From Felis catus (taxonomy: Eukaryota), in NCBI RefSeq assembly GCF_018350175.1, contig NC_058368.1, forward strand, positions 124,498,001 through 124,562,000: 64,000 nt of DNA, read 5' to 3'. This document shows positions 10,997 through 22,890 of the stretch, piece by piece; the first letter of the stretch is position 1, and the number at the start of each line of letters is the position of its first letter. Made by a program: the position numbers and the translations under genes. Below the pieces are notes generated by a model. The model was not told the DNA's origin. It searched no databases and was given only the letters and a program-made list of their open reading frames with translations.

Positions 10997-13900
10997 ATGG
11001 CAATAAATTCATATTTTTCAGTACTCACTCTAAACATCAATGGACTCAATGCTCCAATCAAAAGACATAGGGTAACAGAATGGATAAGAAAACAAGATCC
11101 AGCTACATGCTGTTTACAAAAGACCCACTTTAGACCTAAAGTCACCTTCAGAGTGAAAGTAAGGGGATGGAGAACCATCTATCATGCTAATGGCCAACAA
11201 AAGAAAGCCAGAGTAGCCATACTTATATCAGACAATCTAGACTTTAAAATAAAGACTGTATCAATATTTCAATCAATATATCAATTATGATATAATGCAG
11301 AAGGGCATTATATCATAATCAAGGGGTCTATCCACCAAGAAGACCTAACAATTGTAAACATTTATGCGCCAAATGTGATAGCACCCAAATATATAAATCA
11401 GTTCATCACAAACATAAAGAAACTCATTGACAGTAATACCATAATAGTAGGAGACTTCAACACCCCACTCACAGCAATGGACAGATCATCTAATAAAAAA
11501 GCAACAAGGAAACAATGGCTTTGAATGACACACTAGACCAGATGGACTTAACAGATATATTCAGAACATTTCATCCTAAAGCAGCAGAATATACATTCTT
11601 TTCCAGTGCACATTGAGCATTCTCCAGAATAGACCATATAATGGGATACAAATCAGCTCTAAGTAAGTTCAAAAAGATCAAGATCATACCGTGCATATTT
11701 TCAGACCACAATGCTATGAAACTTGAAATCAACCACAAGAAAAAATTTGGAAAGGTAACAAATACTTGGAGACTGAAGAACATCCTACTAAAGAATGAAT
11801 GGGCTAACCAAGCAGTTAAAGAGGAAATTAAAAAGTATATGGAAGTCAATGAAAATGATAACACCACAACCCAAAACTTCTGGGACACAGCAAAAGTGGT
11901 TATAAGAGGAAAGTATTAGCAATCCAGGCCTTCCTAAAGAAGGAAGAAAGATCTCAGATACACAACCTAACCTTACGCCTTAAGGAGCTGGAAAAAGAAC
12001 AGCAAATAAAACCCCAAACCAGAAGAAGACAGGAAATAATAAAGATTAAAGCAGAAATTAATGCTATCGAAACCAAAAAAACAGTAGAACAGATCAATGA
12101 AACCAGAAGCTGGTTCTTTGAAAGAATTAAGAAAATTGATAAACCACTAGCCAGTTTGATCAAAAAGAAAAAGGAAAGAACCCAAATAAATAAAATCAAG
12201 AATGAAAGAGGAGAGATCACAACCAACCCACCAGAAATAAAAACAATAATAAGAGAATATTGTGAGCAATTATAAGCCAATAAAATGGGAAATCTGGAAG
12301 AAATGGACAAATTCCTAGAAACATAGACACTACCGAAACTGAAACAGGAAGATAGAAAACTTGAACAGACCCATAACCAGGAAGGAAACCGAATTAGTAA
12401 TCAAAAATGTGACAAAAAACAAGAGTCCAGAGCCAGATGGCTTTCCAGAGGAATTCTACCAAACATTTAAGGAAGAGTTAACACCTATTCTTTTGAAGGT
12501 GTTCCAAAAAATAGAAATGGAAGGAAAACTCCCAAACTCTTTCTATGAAGCCAACATTACCTTGATTCCAAAACCAGACAGAGACCCCACTAAAAAGAAC
12601 TATAGACCAATTTCCCTGATGAACGTGGATGCAAAAATCCTCAACAAGATATTAGCCAACTTGACCCAACAATACATTAAAAAAATTATTCACCATGACC
12701 AAGTGGGATTTATACCTGGGATGCAGAGCTGGTTCAATATCCACAAAACAATTAATGTGATTTATCACATCAATTAAAGAAAGGACAAGAACCATATGAT
12801 CCTCTCAATAGATGCAGAGAATGTATTTGACAAAATACAGCATCGTTTCCTGATAAAAACCCTCAAGAAAGTAGGGATAAAAGGAGTATACCTCGAAATC
12901 ATAAAAGCCATATATGAACGACCCAATGCTAATATCATCCTCAATGGGGAAAAAAAGAGAGCTCTCCCCCTAAGGTCAGGAATAAGACAGGGATGTCCAC
13001 TCTCGCCACTGTTATTCAACTAGTATTGGAAGTCTTAGGTTCTACAATCAGACAACAAAAAGAAAAAAAAGGTCTCTAAATCAGCCAGGAGGAGGTCAAA
13101 CTTTCACTCTTCGCAGATGACATGATACTCTATATAGAAAACCCAAAAGATTCCACCAAAATACTGCTAGAATTGATTCATGAATTCAGCAAAGTTGCAG
13201 GATACAAAATCAACACACAGAAATCGGTTGCATTCCTATACACCAACAATGAAGCGACAGAAAGAGAAATCAAGGAATCCATCCCATTTACAGTTGCACC
13301 AAAAACCATAAAACACCTAGGAATAAATCTAACCAAACAGGTGAAAAATATATACACTGAAAACTGTAGAAAGCTTATGAAAGAAAGGGAAGAAGACACA
13401 AAAAAAATGGAAAAAGATTCCATGCTCCTGGATAGGAAAAACAAATATTGTTAAAATGTTGATACTACCCAAAGCAATCTACATATTCAATGCAATCCTT
13501 ATCAAAACCAGCATTCTTCACAGAGCTAGAACAAATAATCCTAAAATTTGTATGGAACCAGAAAAGACACCGAATAGCCAAAGCAATCTTGAAAAAGAAA
13601 ACCAAAGCAGGAGGCATCACAATCCCAGACTTCAAGCTATACTACAAAGCTGTAATCATCAAGACAGTATGGTACTGGCACAAAAACAGACACTCAGATC
13701 AATGGAACAGAACAGATAACCCAGAAATGGACCCACAAATGTATGGCCAACTAATCTTTGACAAAGCAGGAAAGAATATCCAAAGGAATAAACACAGTAT
13801 CTTCAGCAAGTGGTGCTGGGAAAACTGGACAGCGACATGCAGGAAAATGAACCTGGATCACTTTCTTACACCATGCACAAAAATAAACTGAAAATGGATG

Positions 13901-14687
13901 AAAGACCTAAACGTAAGACAGGAAGCCATCAAAATCCTCCAGGAGAAAGCAGGCAAAAACCTCTTTGATCTTGGCCGCAGCAACTTCTTACTCAACACGT
14001 CTCTGGAGGCAAGGGAAACAAAAGCAAAAACGAACTACTGGGACCTCATCAAAATAAAAAGCTTCTGCACAGCGAAGGAAACAATCAGCAAAACTAAAAG
14101 GCAACCGACAGATGCAAATGACATATCAGATAAAGGGTTAGTATCCAAAATCTATAAAGAACTTATCGAACTCAACACCCAAAAAAACAAATGATCCAGT
14201 GAAGAAATGGGCAATAGACATGAATAGACACTTCTCCAAAGAAGACATCCAGATGGCCAACCGACACAACAGATGTTGGTGAGGATGTGGAGAAAGAGGA
14301 TCTCTTTTACATCGTTGGTGACAGTGCAAGCTGGTGCAGCCACTTTGGAAAACAGTATGGAGGTTCCTCAAAAAATTAAAACTAGAACTACCCTATGATG
14401 CAGCAACTGCACTACTAGGCATTTATCCACAGGATACAGGTGTGCTGTTTCGAAGGGACACATGCACCCCCATGTTTATAGCAGCACTACTGACAATAGC
14501 CAAAGTATGGAAAGAGCCCAAATGTCCATCGATGGATGAATGGATAAAGAAGATGTTGTATATATACACAATGGAGTATTACTCAGCAATCAAAAAGAAT
14601 GAAATCTTGCCATTTGCAACTACGTGGATGAAACTGGAGGGTATTATGCTAAGTGAAATTAGTCAGAGAAAGACAAAAATCATATGA
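10997..14687 (+). pseudogene. L1 ORF2p remnant (APE endonuclease, reverse transcriptase, C-terminal domain), with multiple stops and frameshifts
   Basis: ORF fragments contain TLNINGLN..CLQKTH (EN), [33 protein letters not shown], 'ttcgcagatgacatg' (FADDM RT motif at about 13110-13124) and MEYYSAIKKNE. Confidence 0.95.
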
Positions 14688-16311
14688 CTTCACTCATATG
14701 AGGAATTTAAGAGACAGAAAAAATGAACATAAGGGAAGGGAAACAAAAATAATATAAAAAACAGGGAGGGGGACAAAACAGAAGAAACTCATAAATGTGG
14801 AGAACAAACTGAGGGTTACTGGAGGGGTTGTGGGAGGGGGAATGGGCTAAATGGGTAAGGGGCACTAAGGAATCTACTCCTGAAATCATTGCTGCACTAT
14901 ATGCTAATTTGCATGTAAATTTAAAAAAACTAAAAAATGAAATTAAAATCAATCAATCAATCGATATATCGCAAGTGATTTCTATCTGGAAAAAATGATT
15001 TCTATTTGGAAAAAAAGAACAGTTATGGCTTTATTGCCTGTACACCATTAACCAGTTTGATGTCTAAATTTGCAATTTATACCCCAATTTTTCTTTCCTG
15101 GTATCAGTTCCCATATTCCCCTTTGAGTCAGCTTTGTCATCCTTCTAGTTGTATCATTAACAAGTTTAATAATTCTTTGACACATGCTAGCTATTTGTAT
15201 ATTTGTATAAGATGCATTTCCAACTTTTTGAAAATTGTAACTTGACAACTCTTAGAAGTCTGACTTGGTGTAATAGGTTTAATGTACTCATTAGCAAACA
15301 GCTTGGGGGTGATATATCTCTGGTGATATTAAGGACTCTTGAATCTTTTGATAGCATCAATAATTTTATACAGGATATTTTATCTATGTCCATGCACAGT
15401 AACCTTGGAAAAGATAACCACAAGGAAGTGGCATTTGTAAACCACTGAACAAGTCTTGAATAGGGTTAGCAAAAGAAACAATTTTCTAATTTGCAAGAAA
15501 TATTTTTCTACTATTCTGCAGAACTAGTCTTCCCTGCACTCATGGGATTGTGAAATTCTTGCAAGCTGTTAAGTCAGGAAGCATTTCAAATAGAAAGAGG
15601 AACTTAAAAAAATGTATCCCAGAAGAAAGATTTTTTTCCCTCCCCCTGCTCCAAAAAGACTCATAATTCATTTCAGCTACTTTGTATTTTAATGGCATCA
15701 TTTTTTTTTTAAAAAAGGAAAGTTGAGATCTTATGGAGAGGCATCAACTATAGAAGCAAATGTGATTTTCTTTTGGTGAAGTTTGTCTAACCTTCAGTGT
15801 TTAAGGTAAACAAGATATTATTAGCCAACAATATTTTGCGGGAATCTTGAAACATCTGAATTAATTTTTTTCTTAAAATTAACCTAAACTCAGCCAATGC
15901 ATGAACTCCAATTACTTTAAAAGATCTATGACAACAATGAATGAAGCCTCTCAATCTTTACCTATATCCAGTTATTCTTTCTTTATAGAACATGGTACAT
16001 CTCTTATAGTTTTAAATTACTGCATAATACAAATTTGAATTTGCCATACATCCCCTCCAAAATTATTGAGTTTCTACTATGTATAAGACTCCAGATAAAA
16101 AGGTACAAATCAGCTTCCACCCAAAAGGAGGTTACAATTTAATTGGAGAGGAAATAACCAAATAAAATCCCTGTGTAAAGGACATAAAGATATATTTTTG
16201 ATGTGGTAGAATTTAGTTTCTGTTTTAGCAGATCTTGATCATCTTCGGGCTGTAGCCAGATGCACTATGGTAAAGCTTCTCTTATCTAGGATAAGGCATA
16301 GGATAATAGTG

Positions 16312-16313
<2 letters not shown>

Positions 16314-16350
<37 letters not shown>

Positions 16351-16361
16351 ACGTGTGTGTG
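16314..16361. repeat. (TG)n microsatellite
   Basis: Directly visible, with one cac interruption. Confidence 0.95.
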
Positions 16362-17553
16362 TTCTAGATTTGAATTTCTTTTTTATAGGGACCATTTGGA
16401 AGACAGACTGAAAAAGAACCAAAGGAACAGATTGAGATCACTTATCTCACTTATCTCACTTGTTGATTCACTTAGTAACCATATCCCAGCAAATAATGGG
16501 TCTTGTAAAGGAGGCAGAACACCAACTAAGTGCCTAGTACACAACATATATTTAATAAACATTCACTAAATTGAGTTAAAGATATATCAGAAGTGAACCT
16601 TGACTTCAGAGAGCTTATAATCTATGAGAGAGGCTCTATTTAGTCAAATTATTTGGTCAAATAATTATAATACAAAGGAGAAAGTGGATTCCATGAAAGA
16701 GATATATACAGATAGCTTGGTGAGCATAGGGATAGCCAACATTGCTTCCAGTTGGGGAATCAGGCTACACTCTGGGGACAAAAAGATATGTGAGTTGGAC
16801 ATGGAGAGATGGGTTGGATGTTGACTTGTGGTGATAAAGGGAAAGACTGCGGGGAGAATAAAAACATGAGCCAAGCCTCAGAGATCAAACAATATGGGAC
16901 ATGAATGGGAAAGCTCACTTTGGAAATTAAGAGAATTGGTAGAAAAAGAACTGGAAAATCTATAGTAGTTTCAAATACTGACAGCCCCTAATACTATACA
17001 GAGTTTGAACCCAGAGCTTCAGGCAAAAAAACACTACCGAAGATTGTTCTCCAGCTTTATGTAATAGGCTGACTGTTCCTAACAGAGAAAAAGTTTGTAT
17101 TCTATGTTGAATGTCTTTAAGCATCCCTGTAAGAAATCTCAGTATGTTTGGTTATATTGGTTTATTTTGGAATAACCATGTCTTAGAATCCTATGGCGTC
17201 TCCATTCACTTAGAATCACCTTTGACTCACTGGATTCCCGGCTTCATAATGCTCTGCTCAAAAGGGATCTACAACTTACTCTTCCAAGAAAATTGCTGCT
17301 ATAAAATATATGGGTGTGAATCATCATTTCTAGTCTTTCAGTAGATGAGAAACTTCATCTTTAGTGTAAATCCTTATACTAGGTTCTCTAAACAGAAGTG
17401 GTTCTTCATTTATGAAGGTGAATTGCTTTTTGTCCATGGCTGGTCACTGCGGATCTTTGACAGCCATGATATTAGAAAGCCTTTGATGCTTTTCAGTCAC
17501 TGGGCCACTCTCGAATTGCAAGAATTCTCCTGCTTTTAAAACTGACTCTCCTC

Positions 17554-17774
17554 GGGGCGCCTGGGTGGCGCAGTCGGTTAAGCGTCCGACTTCAGCGAGG
17601 TCACGATCTCGCGGTCCGGGAGTTCGAGCCCCACGTCAGGCTCTGGGCTGATGGCTCAGAGCCTGGAGCCTGTTTCTGATTCTGTGTCTCCCTCTCTCTC
17701 TACCCCTCCCCTGTTCATGCTTTGTCTCTCTCTGTCCCAAAAATAAATAAACGTTGAAAAAAAAAATAAAAAAT
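17554..17774 (+). mobile_element. Young feline CanSINE (SINEC_Fc-type)
   Basis: Intact head, boxes and tail; perfect 16-bp TSD aaaactgactctcctc at 17538-17553 and 17775-17790, preceded by the canonical L1-EN site TTTT/AAAA. Confidence 0.97.
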
Positions 17775-19328
17775 AAAACTGACTCTCCTCAAATCTACAG
17801 CAATGACATGTTGATTACCAGTATATTATTGAATTGTGGCAGCAGGTAAATCAATATTAAATAATTACTGTTTACTGAGCACTCACCATGTCCTAGGTTA
17901 CTGATAGAATGTAATCACCCAACAAGACTGAGACAAGACTGTAATTGTTACCCAAATTTACCAAAGAGAATAGCAAGGCTCTGAGATTGATGAAATTTGC
18001 CCATAGTCATGAAGAAGGAAGTAGTAATTGGACCTTGGCAATCCAATGGGAGAGTCTGGGCAGGTTGCCTCTCTGTAGACAGAGAGTTCTTCCAACTGCT
18101 GTCTCTAACCTTCTCACCCCCAATTCACTTCTACAGAGAAATAGATTGCACAACTAGAACACTGGCCTGGGCCTTGAGTCCCACTTCTTATCGGACAGCC
18201 AGTTATCATCTACTTCTTAGGAATGTCTTTCTAGGCCCTTGCTTGCAACATTTCGAAACCAAAAAGCAATGGTGTTTCTGTGATGCCTATTCCTGGGACC
18301 TAGATATTGCAATTCAAGGCTGAAGTTTGCCTTGATTATCACTGTCACCTTGCTCTTCTCTTTATAATCTACTAGCTTCAGGGGACTTTTAAATCTTAAA
18401 ATATAGCTTAACCCTTTTTTCAGAGCATTTAACTTTTTCCGATCTTTAAAATATTTTTGTCCTTTCTTTGTCCTTGATGATCTAAACTTGTACAGCTAGA
18501 AATCCTCCTAGGATTCCACTGCTTTAGTGGGTGTTTTCTGAAGTCATGTAATCTTTCCATGTATCTCTATAATTTGGGGGACTGATGCCCAGTAATGACT
18601 ACAACTATTCTAGTAGAGACTCCAGCAACTGTGCCCAAAGAAAGATCTCTGTCTTAGTAGCTAAATTTCCTCAGATAGGGCCATCACTTGGCAAATCCAG
18701 CCTTTCTTGAGGCCTCCTCTTAGTATCATCATCCCTAGGGATCACTGTCATTCTCACCCTTCTTCTTTTGCCAAAATAAGATGCTATTTCTCTAGAATTA
18801 TTTATTGAACTAGTTAAATATCTCTTTGCACAGTGAATGGAAACCACATTGAATTAGGCATCTAAGACCAAACAACAAGAAAGAAAAAATTAAGGTGTTT
18901 CCCTTAAAAGCAGGTCAAATGAAAAAGTTGTCTTTTACCAGTCCTGAAGGTTTACTAAGCTTCCACTGTGTACCATAAAGTCTCTGCTTGACACATAAAA
19001 CATTTGGAGTAATCATAATGGAGCTTCATTTAGTCTCATGAGATTATGGCCCAAAGAAAGCAGGAATAGCTCTGCTACTATTTACACTCAACAAAATTCC
19101 ACTGCCATATGCTGCCTTCCTTTATCCCATCCCATCTGTTTATGACTCAAATTATGCCTTCCTTTAGGCATTCAATAAAAACTATGTGTGTATTATGATC
19201 CAGAAACTATATGTTAGTCTCTGGTACTACTCTAACCATGTAAACTGGGCATTCCTCCACTGGGTAGAACCTATTAGAATCTTAGAAATCTGAACCCCTT
19301 AAAAAATCCTTTTAAAAGGATTAAGGGA

Positions 19329-19516
19329 GGGGTACCTGGGTGGCTCAGCCAGTTTGGCTCAGGTCAAAGGTTCATGAGTTTGATCCCCACATGGGACACT
19401 GCACTGACAGTGTAGAGCCTGCTTGGGATTCTCTCTCTTCCTCTCTCTCTTCCCCTCCCCCACTTGTGCTCTCTCTTGCTCTAAAAATAAATAAATAAAA
19501 CTAAAAAATTTTTTTG
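19329..19516 (+). mobile_element. CanSINE, older, with internal deletions
   Basis: SINE head and tail; 13-bp TSD aaggattaaggga at 19316-19328 and 19517-19529. Confidence 0.93.
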
Positions 19517-19583
19517 AAGGATTAAGGGAAAAAAGGATTAAGAAAAAAGATGACAAGATAAGCTTTTGATTAATAAAGATATT

Positions 19584-19796
19584 AAAAATTTTTTAATGTT
19601 TATTTTTATTTTTGAGAGAGAAAGAGAGAGAGAGTGAACAGGGAAGGTAAGAGAGAGGGAGACACAGAATCTGAAGCAGCCTTTAGGCTCTGAGCTGTCA
19701 GCACAGAGCCTGATGCAGAGCTCAAACTCAGGAACTGCGAGATCATGACCTGAGCCGAAGTCGGACACTTAACTGGCTAAGCCACCCAGGCGGCCC
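19584..19796 (-). mobile_element. CanSINE (SINEC_Fc-type)
   Basis: Antisense SINE; TSD aataaaga(t/g)a at 19572 and 19797. Confidence 0.95.
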
Positions 19797-21529
19797 AATA
19801 AAGAGAATTTTAAAAATGTATCATGGTTATTTTCCATTTACTATAGAATTTTAAATGCCTTAATATTTGCCTAGCATTTTTACAGGTTTCAAAGGACTTT
19901 CATAAGTACTCTGTAATTAAAGGTCTACTTACAGAGTTTGGGTAGTTTGAAAAGGTCTTCCTCACTATGAACTCCTTGAATAGAGACTGTTTTATTTATT
20001 AATATTTATGTCTCTAGAATCTGGCTCAGGGATAGGTATGGAATTGGGAATCAGTAAGTAATTTTTGAATGAATATCTTTACATTACATGTATGTACATT
20101 TTTTCTCCTGCTGGTTTGTAATTGGAGGCTGTTCCTACTATTTCCTTTTCATGTTCCCAGCACTGCTCTCATTAGACAAGGCACTCAGCTGAATCTCACC
20201 CCAGAGAAAGTTAGGATTTAGAGCATGAACTGGGACAATGCCATGTTATTTTACCACATCATTACTCCTTGAAGCCATAACCAAGGAGGTTTCCTGTCAT
20301 CCTTTATAAAATGAAAGCTTAGTGAAGACACAAAGTTGCTAGGTGGGGCAAATTGGAGAATTAAGTTTCATGTTGGGGGTGGTAGTTTCATAATGAAAAT
20401 GATGGTTTCAGAAATATTAAGACATATTTAAACAGAGACAGTAAGATGGCATCTGAAGCAAGTACTTCATCAACATGCCTTCTTCAACTCTGCCTTTTCA
20501 TAGAGGACTTGGGGATTATTTTCTCTTATATATGCCAAATGCATGGCTGCTGGTTAAAAACACTAATAATCTGATGAGCATAACGTAAGATACAATAGGG
20601 ATAACTGTCTGGCATTTTGGTTTCTGGAAGAAAGCAGGACAACAAGATTGTAAGTTAACCACATTGGAAGCAAGGAACAGATACAAATTGTGAGAGTGTG
20701 TTAAGGTCTTAGTTCTGACCTCGTGGTAAGACTATTTCTTGCTATTTCTATCTTTCCCCATCAGAGACTTTAATAGCCTGATTTTCAAAGGCCCTATCTA
20801 TGAAAATAAAACATTAATAGTAGATAACCCAAGACTTAGAGATTGAAAATGTGTCTTGTCAATAGGATAAACACTGGCAGAAAAAAAATGTTAAGAGATA
20901 ATTTTAGGTACTTGCAACTTAGATATTTTCCTGTTGATCTTGGAAGTTACCTAATCTCTCTAACCTAAGTTTTCTAACTTTGATAGAAATATTTTAAAAT
21001 TGGCCCATTTATGTTTTGTTACAGTGTTGCTTCAGGAAAAGTTAATACAGATAAAATACTTGTAAAAATTAAGAGACCTATTCAAATGTATATTATTTTA
21101 ATTAAATAGTTTGTTTTCCTTTTTTTTTTTTTTTTTTTTTTTTTTTTGTGAAAGCTCAGTTCTGAGTAGAGAAAGTGGCCAATAAGGAAAGACTGAAAAA
21201 GTCAATTCTGGAAAAGTCAGCTCCAAATCTACCAGAAGCCTGAGTTAGTCATCAGTTAGGCAGCAAGTCTAAAATAAATTAACCACATAGCGTCAGTTTC
21301 CTATTCCCTTTTCTGTTTGATTTTCATTGGCATCTGTGTGGATGAAGCAAACTTATGTGTCTTCTTTGGTAAAAATATTGTGAAAATATGTGCTCTTTTA
21401 CCCTACTAACGTGAGAAGCAGAAGGAGGAAGTGAAGATGAGCTGGAAGAGTGAGTTGCATCAGTGAATGTAAGCTGAGCTACTCAGAATCTTAGCAGAGC
21501 CCTGTAATTCCTGAAATCTTCTGTGTTGC

Positions 21530-21532
<3 letters not shown>

Positions 21533-21575
<43 letters not shown>
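21533..21575. repeat. (CA)n microsatellite
   Basis: Directly visible. Confidence 0.95.
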
Positions 21576-21577
<2 letters not shown>

Positions 21578-21602
21578 TTTATATATAATGTGTACATATA
21601 TA

Positions 21603-22044
21603 TTTTTAAATTAAAAAAAATTTTTTTTAACTTTTTTTTATTTATTTTTGAGACAGAGAGAGACAGAGCATGAACAGGGGAGGGGCAGAGAGAGAGGGAG
21701 ACACAGAATCGGAAGCAGGCTCCAGGCTCTGAGCCATCAGCCCAGAGCCCGACACGGGGCTCGAACTCACGGACCGCGAGATCGTGACCTGAGCCGAAGT
21801 CGGCCGCTTAACCGACTGAGCCACCCAGGCGCCCCGAAAATTTTTAATGTTTATTTTTGAGACAGAGGGAGACAGAGTGCGAGTGGGGGAGGGGCAGAGA
21901 GAGAAGGAGACACAGAATCTGAAACAGGCTCCCGGCTCTGAGCTGTCAGCACAGAGCCTGATGCGGGGCTGGAACCCACAAACCACAAGATCATGACCCG
22001 AGCCGAAGTCGGACGCTTAACCGACTGAGCCACCCAGGTGCCCC
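21603..22044 (-). mobile_element. Nested CanSINE pair: a younger SINE (about 21626-21835) inside the A tail of another (21836-22044)
   Basis: Two complete antisense SINE bodies; outer TSD tataatgtgta(c/t)atata at 21584 and 22045; inner TSD aaaattttt at 21617 and 21837. Confidence 0.93.
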
Positions 22045-22539
22045 TATAATGTGTATATATATGTTGAACTTCTATGTGCCCCAAACAATGAGATTATGTT
22101 GTTGTATGAGAAATACATACTTCATACTTTCAGAATGCTTACCTTCTAGTGTAAGAAATAAAATAGTGGAGTCAGAAAAAATTAAAACAAATCCAAATAA
22201 TTATAAATGCTATAGAATAACCATAAAAGAATTAAATAGGGAGCAATAGGCGGGGGGGGGGGGAATGGAAGATGGGGTTGTATAATTTAGAGACAATATC
22301 TTTCTGGAGAATTTGATGTTTGAACTAAAATCTGAATATCCAGAGGTCCCAGCCAGGAAAAAACATTTTGGAATAAGAACTAGAAAATCAGCCGAAGTAA
22401 CCTAGGTGAAAAAAATCTGCAGAAAAATTAGGTTGGGAGAGTAGGAAAGAGCCAGGTCATACACATAGAGGTTTGCTCTATGAACTTGGGTTTTATTCCA
22501 GGGGTAGTAGAAATCTCCCAGAGGGTTTTGAGAGACTAA

Positions 22540-22890
22540 TTTGTGGGTCAATGTCTTTCTGGACAATTTTTAGCCATTATACCTAAAGTGTTTCTGCTGC
22601 CCCGTATCTCTCTTTCCTATCCTTCTTTGACACCATTTGGTAGTGTCTCAGATACCTAGAACATTCTATTTAGTGGTGGGTTTTTTTTCATTCTTTTTTC
22701 TCTTTGTGGTTCAGTTTGGATCATTCTGTTGATCTGTCTTCAAATTCATTGATTCCTTCTTTTGTGTCCAGTCTTGTAGTTAAACACATTGAATGAATTC
22801 TTTATTTCTGATATAGCAGTTTACAGATCTATAATTTCTACTTAATCTTTTCATAAAGTTTGTATTTCTATGCTGAAGTTCCCCATTTGG
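22540..22890 (-). mobile_element. Old L1M fragment (ORF1 region)
   Basis: Antisense old-L1 motifs 'tttagccattat...gatctgtcttcaaattcattgattccttc...gaattctttatttctgatat'. Confidence 0.55.

Larger units (their letters stand above)
9835..14950 (+). mobile_element. Feline L1 (LINE-1) with 5' terminus, short 5'UTR, ORF1, ORF2, 3'UTR and A-rich tail; inactive
   Basis: Starts with 'ggaggaggagccaagatg' (L1 YY1-type 5' end). Colinear ORF1 and ORF2 remnants follow, an A/(TA)n spacer lies at 10871-10928, and a G-rich 3'UTR and A tail end at about 14950. Confidence 0.97.

Noticed and set aside
10997..14687. Active reverse transcriptase or novel retroelement system
   Set aside because: Standard L1 ORF2 broken by many stops, frameshifts and deletions.
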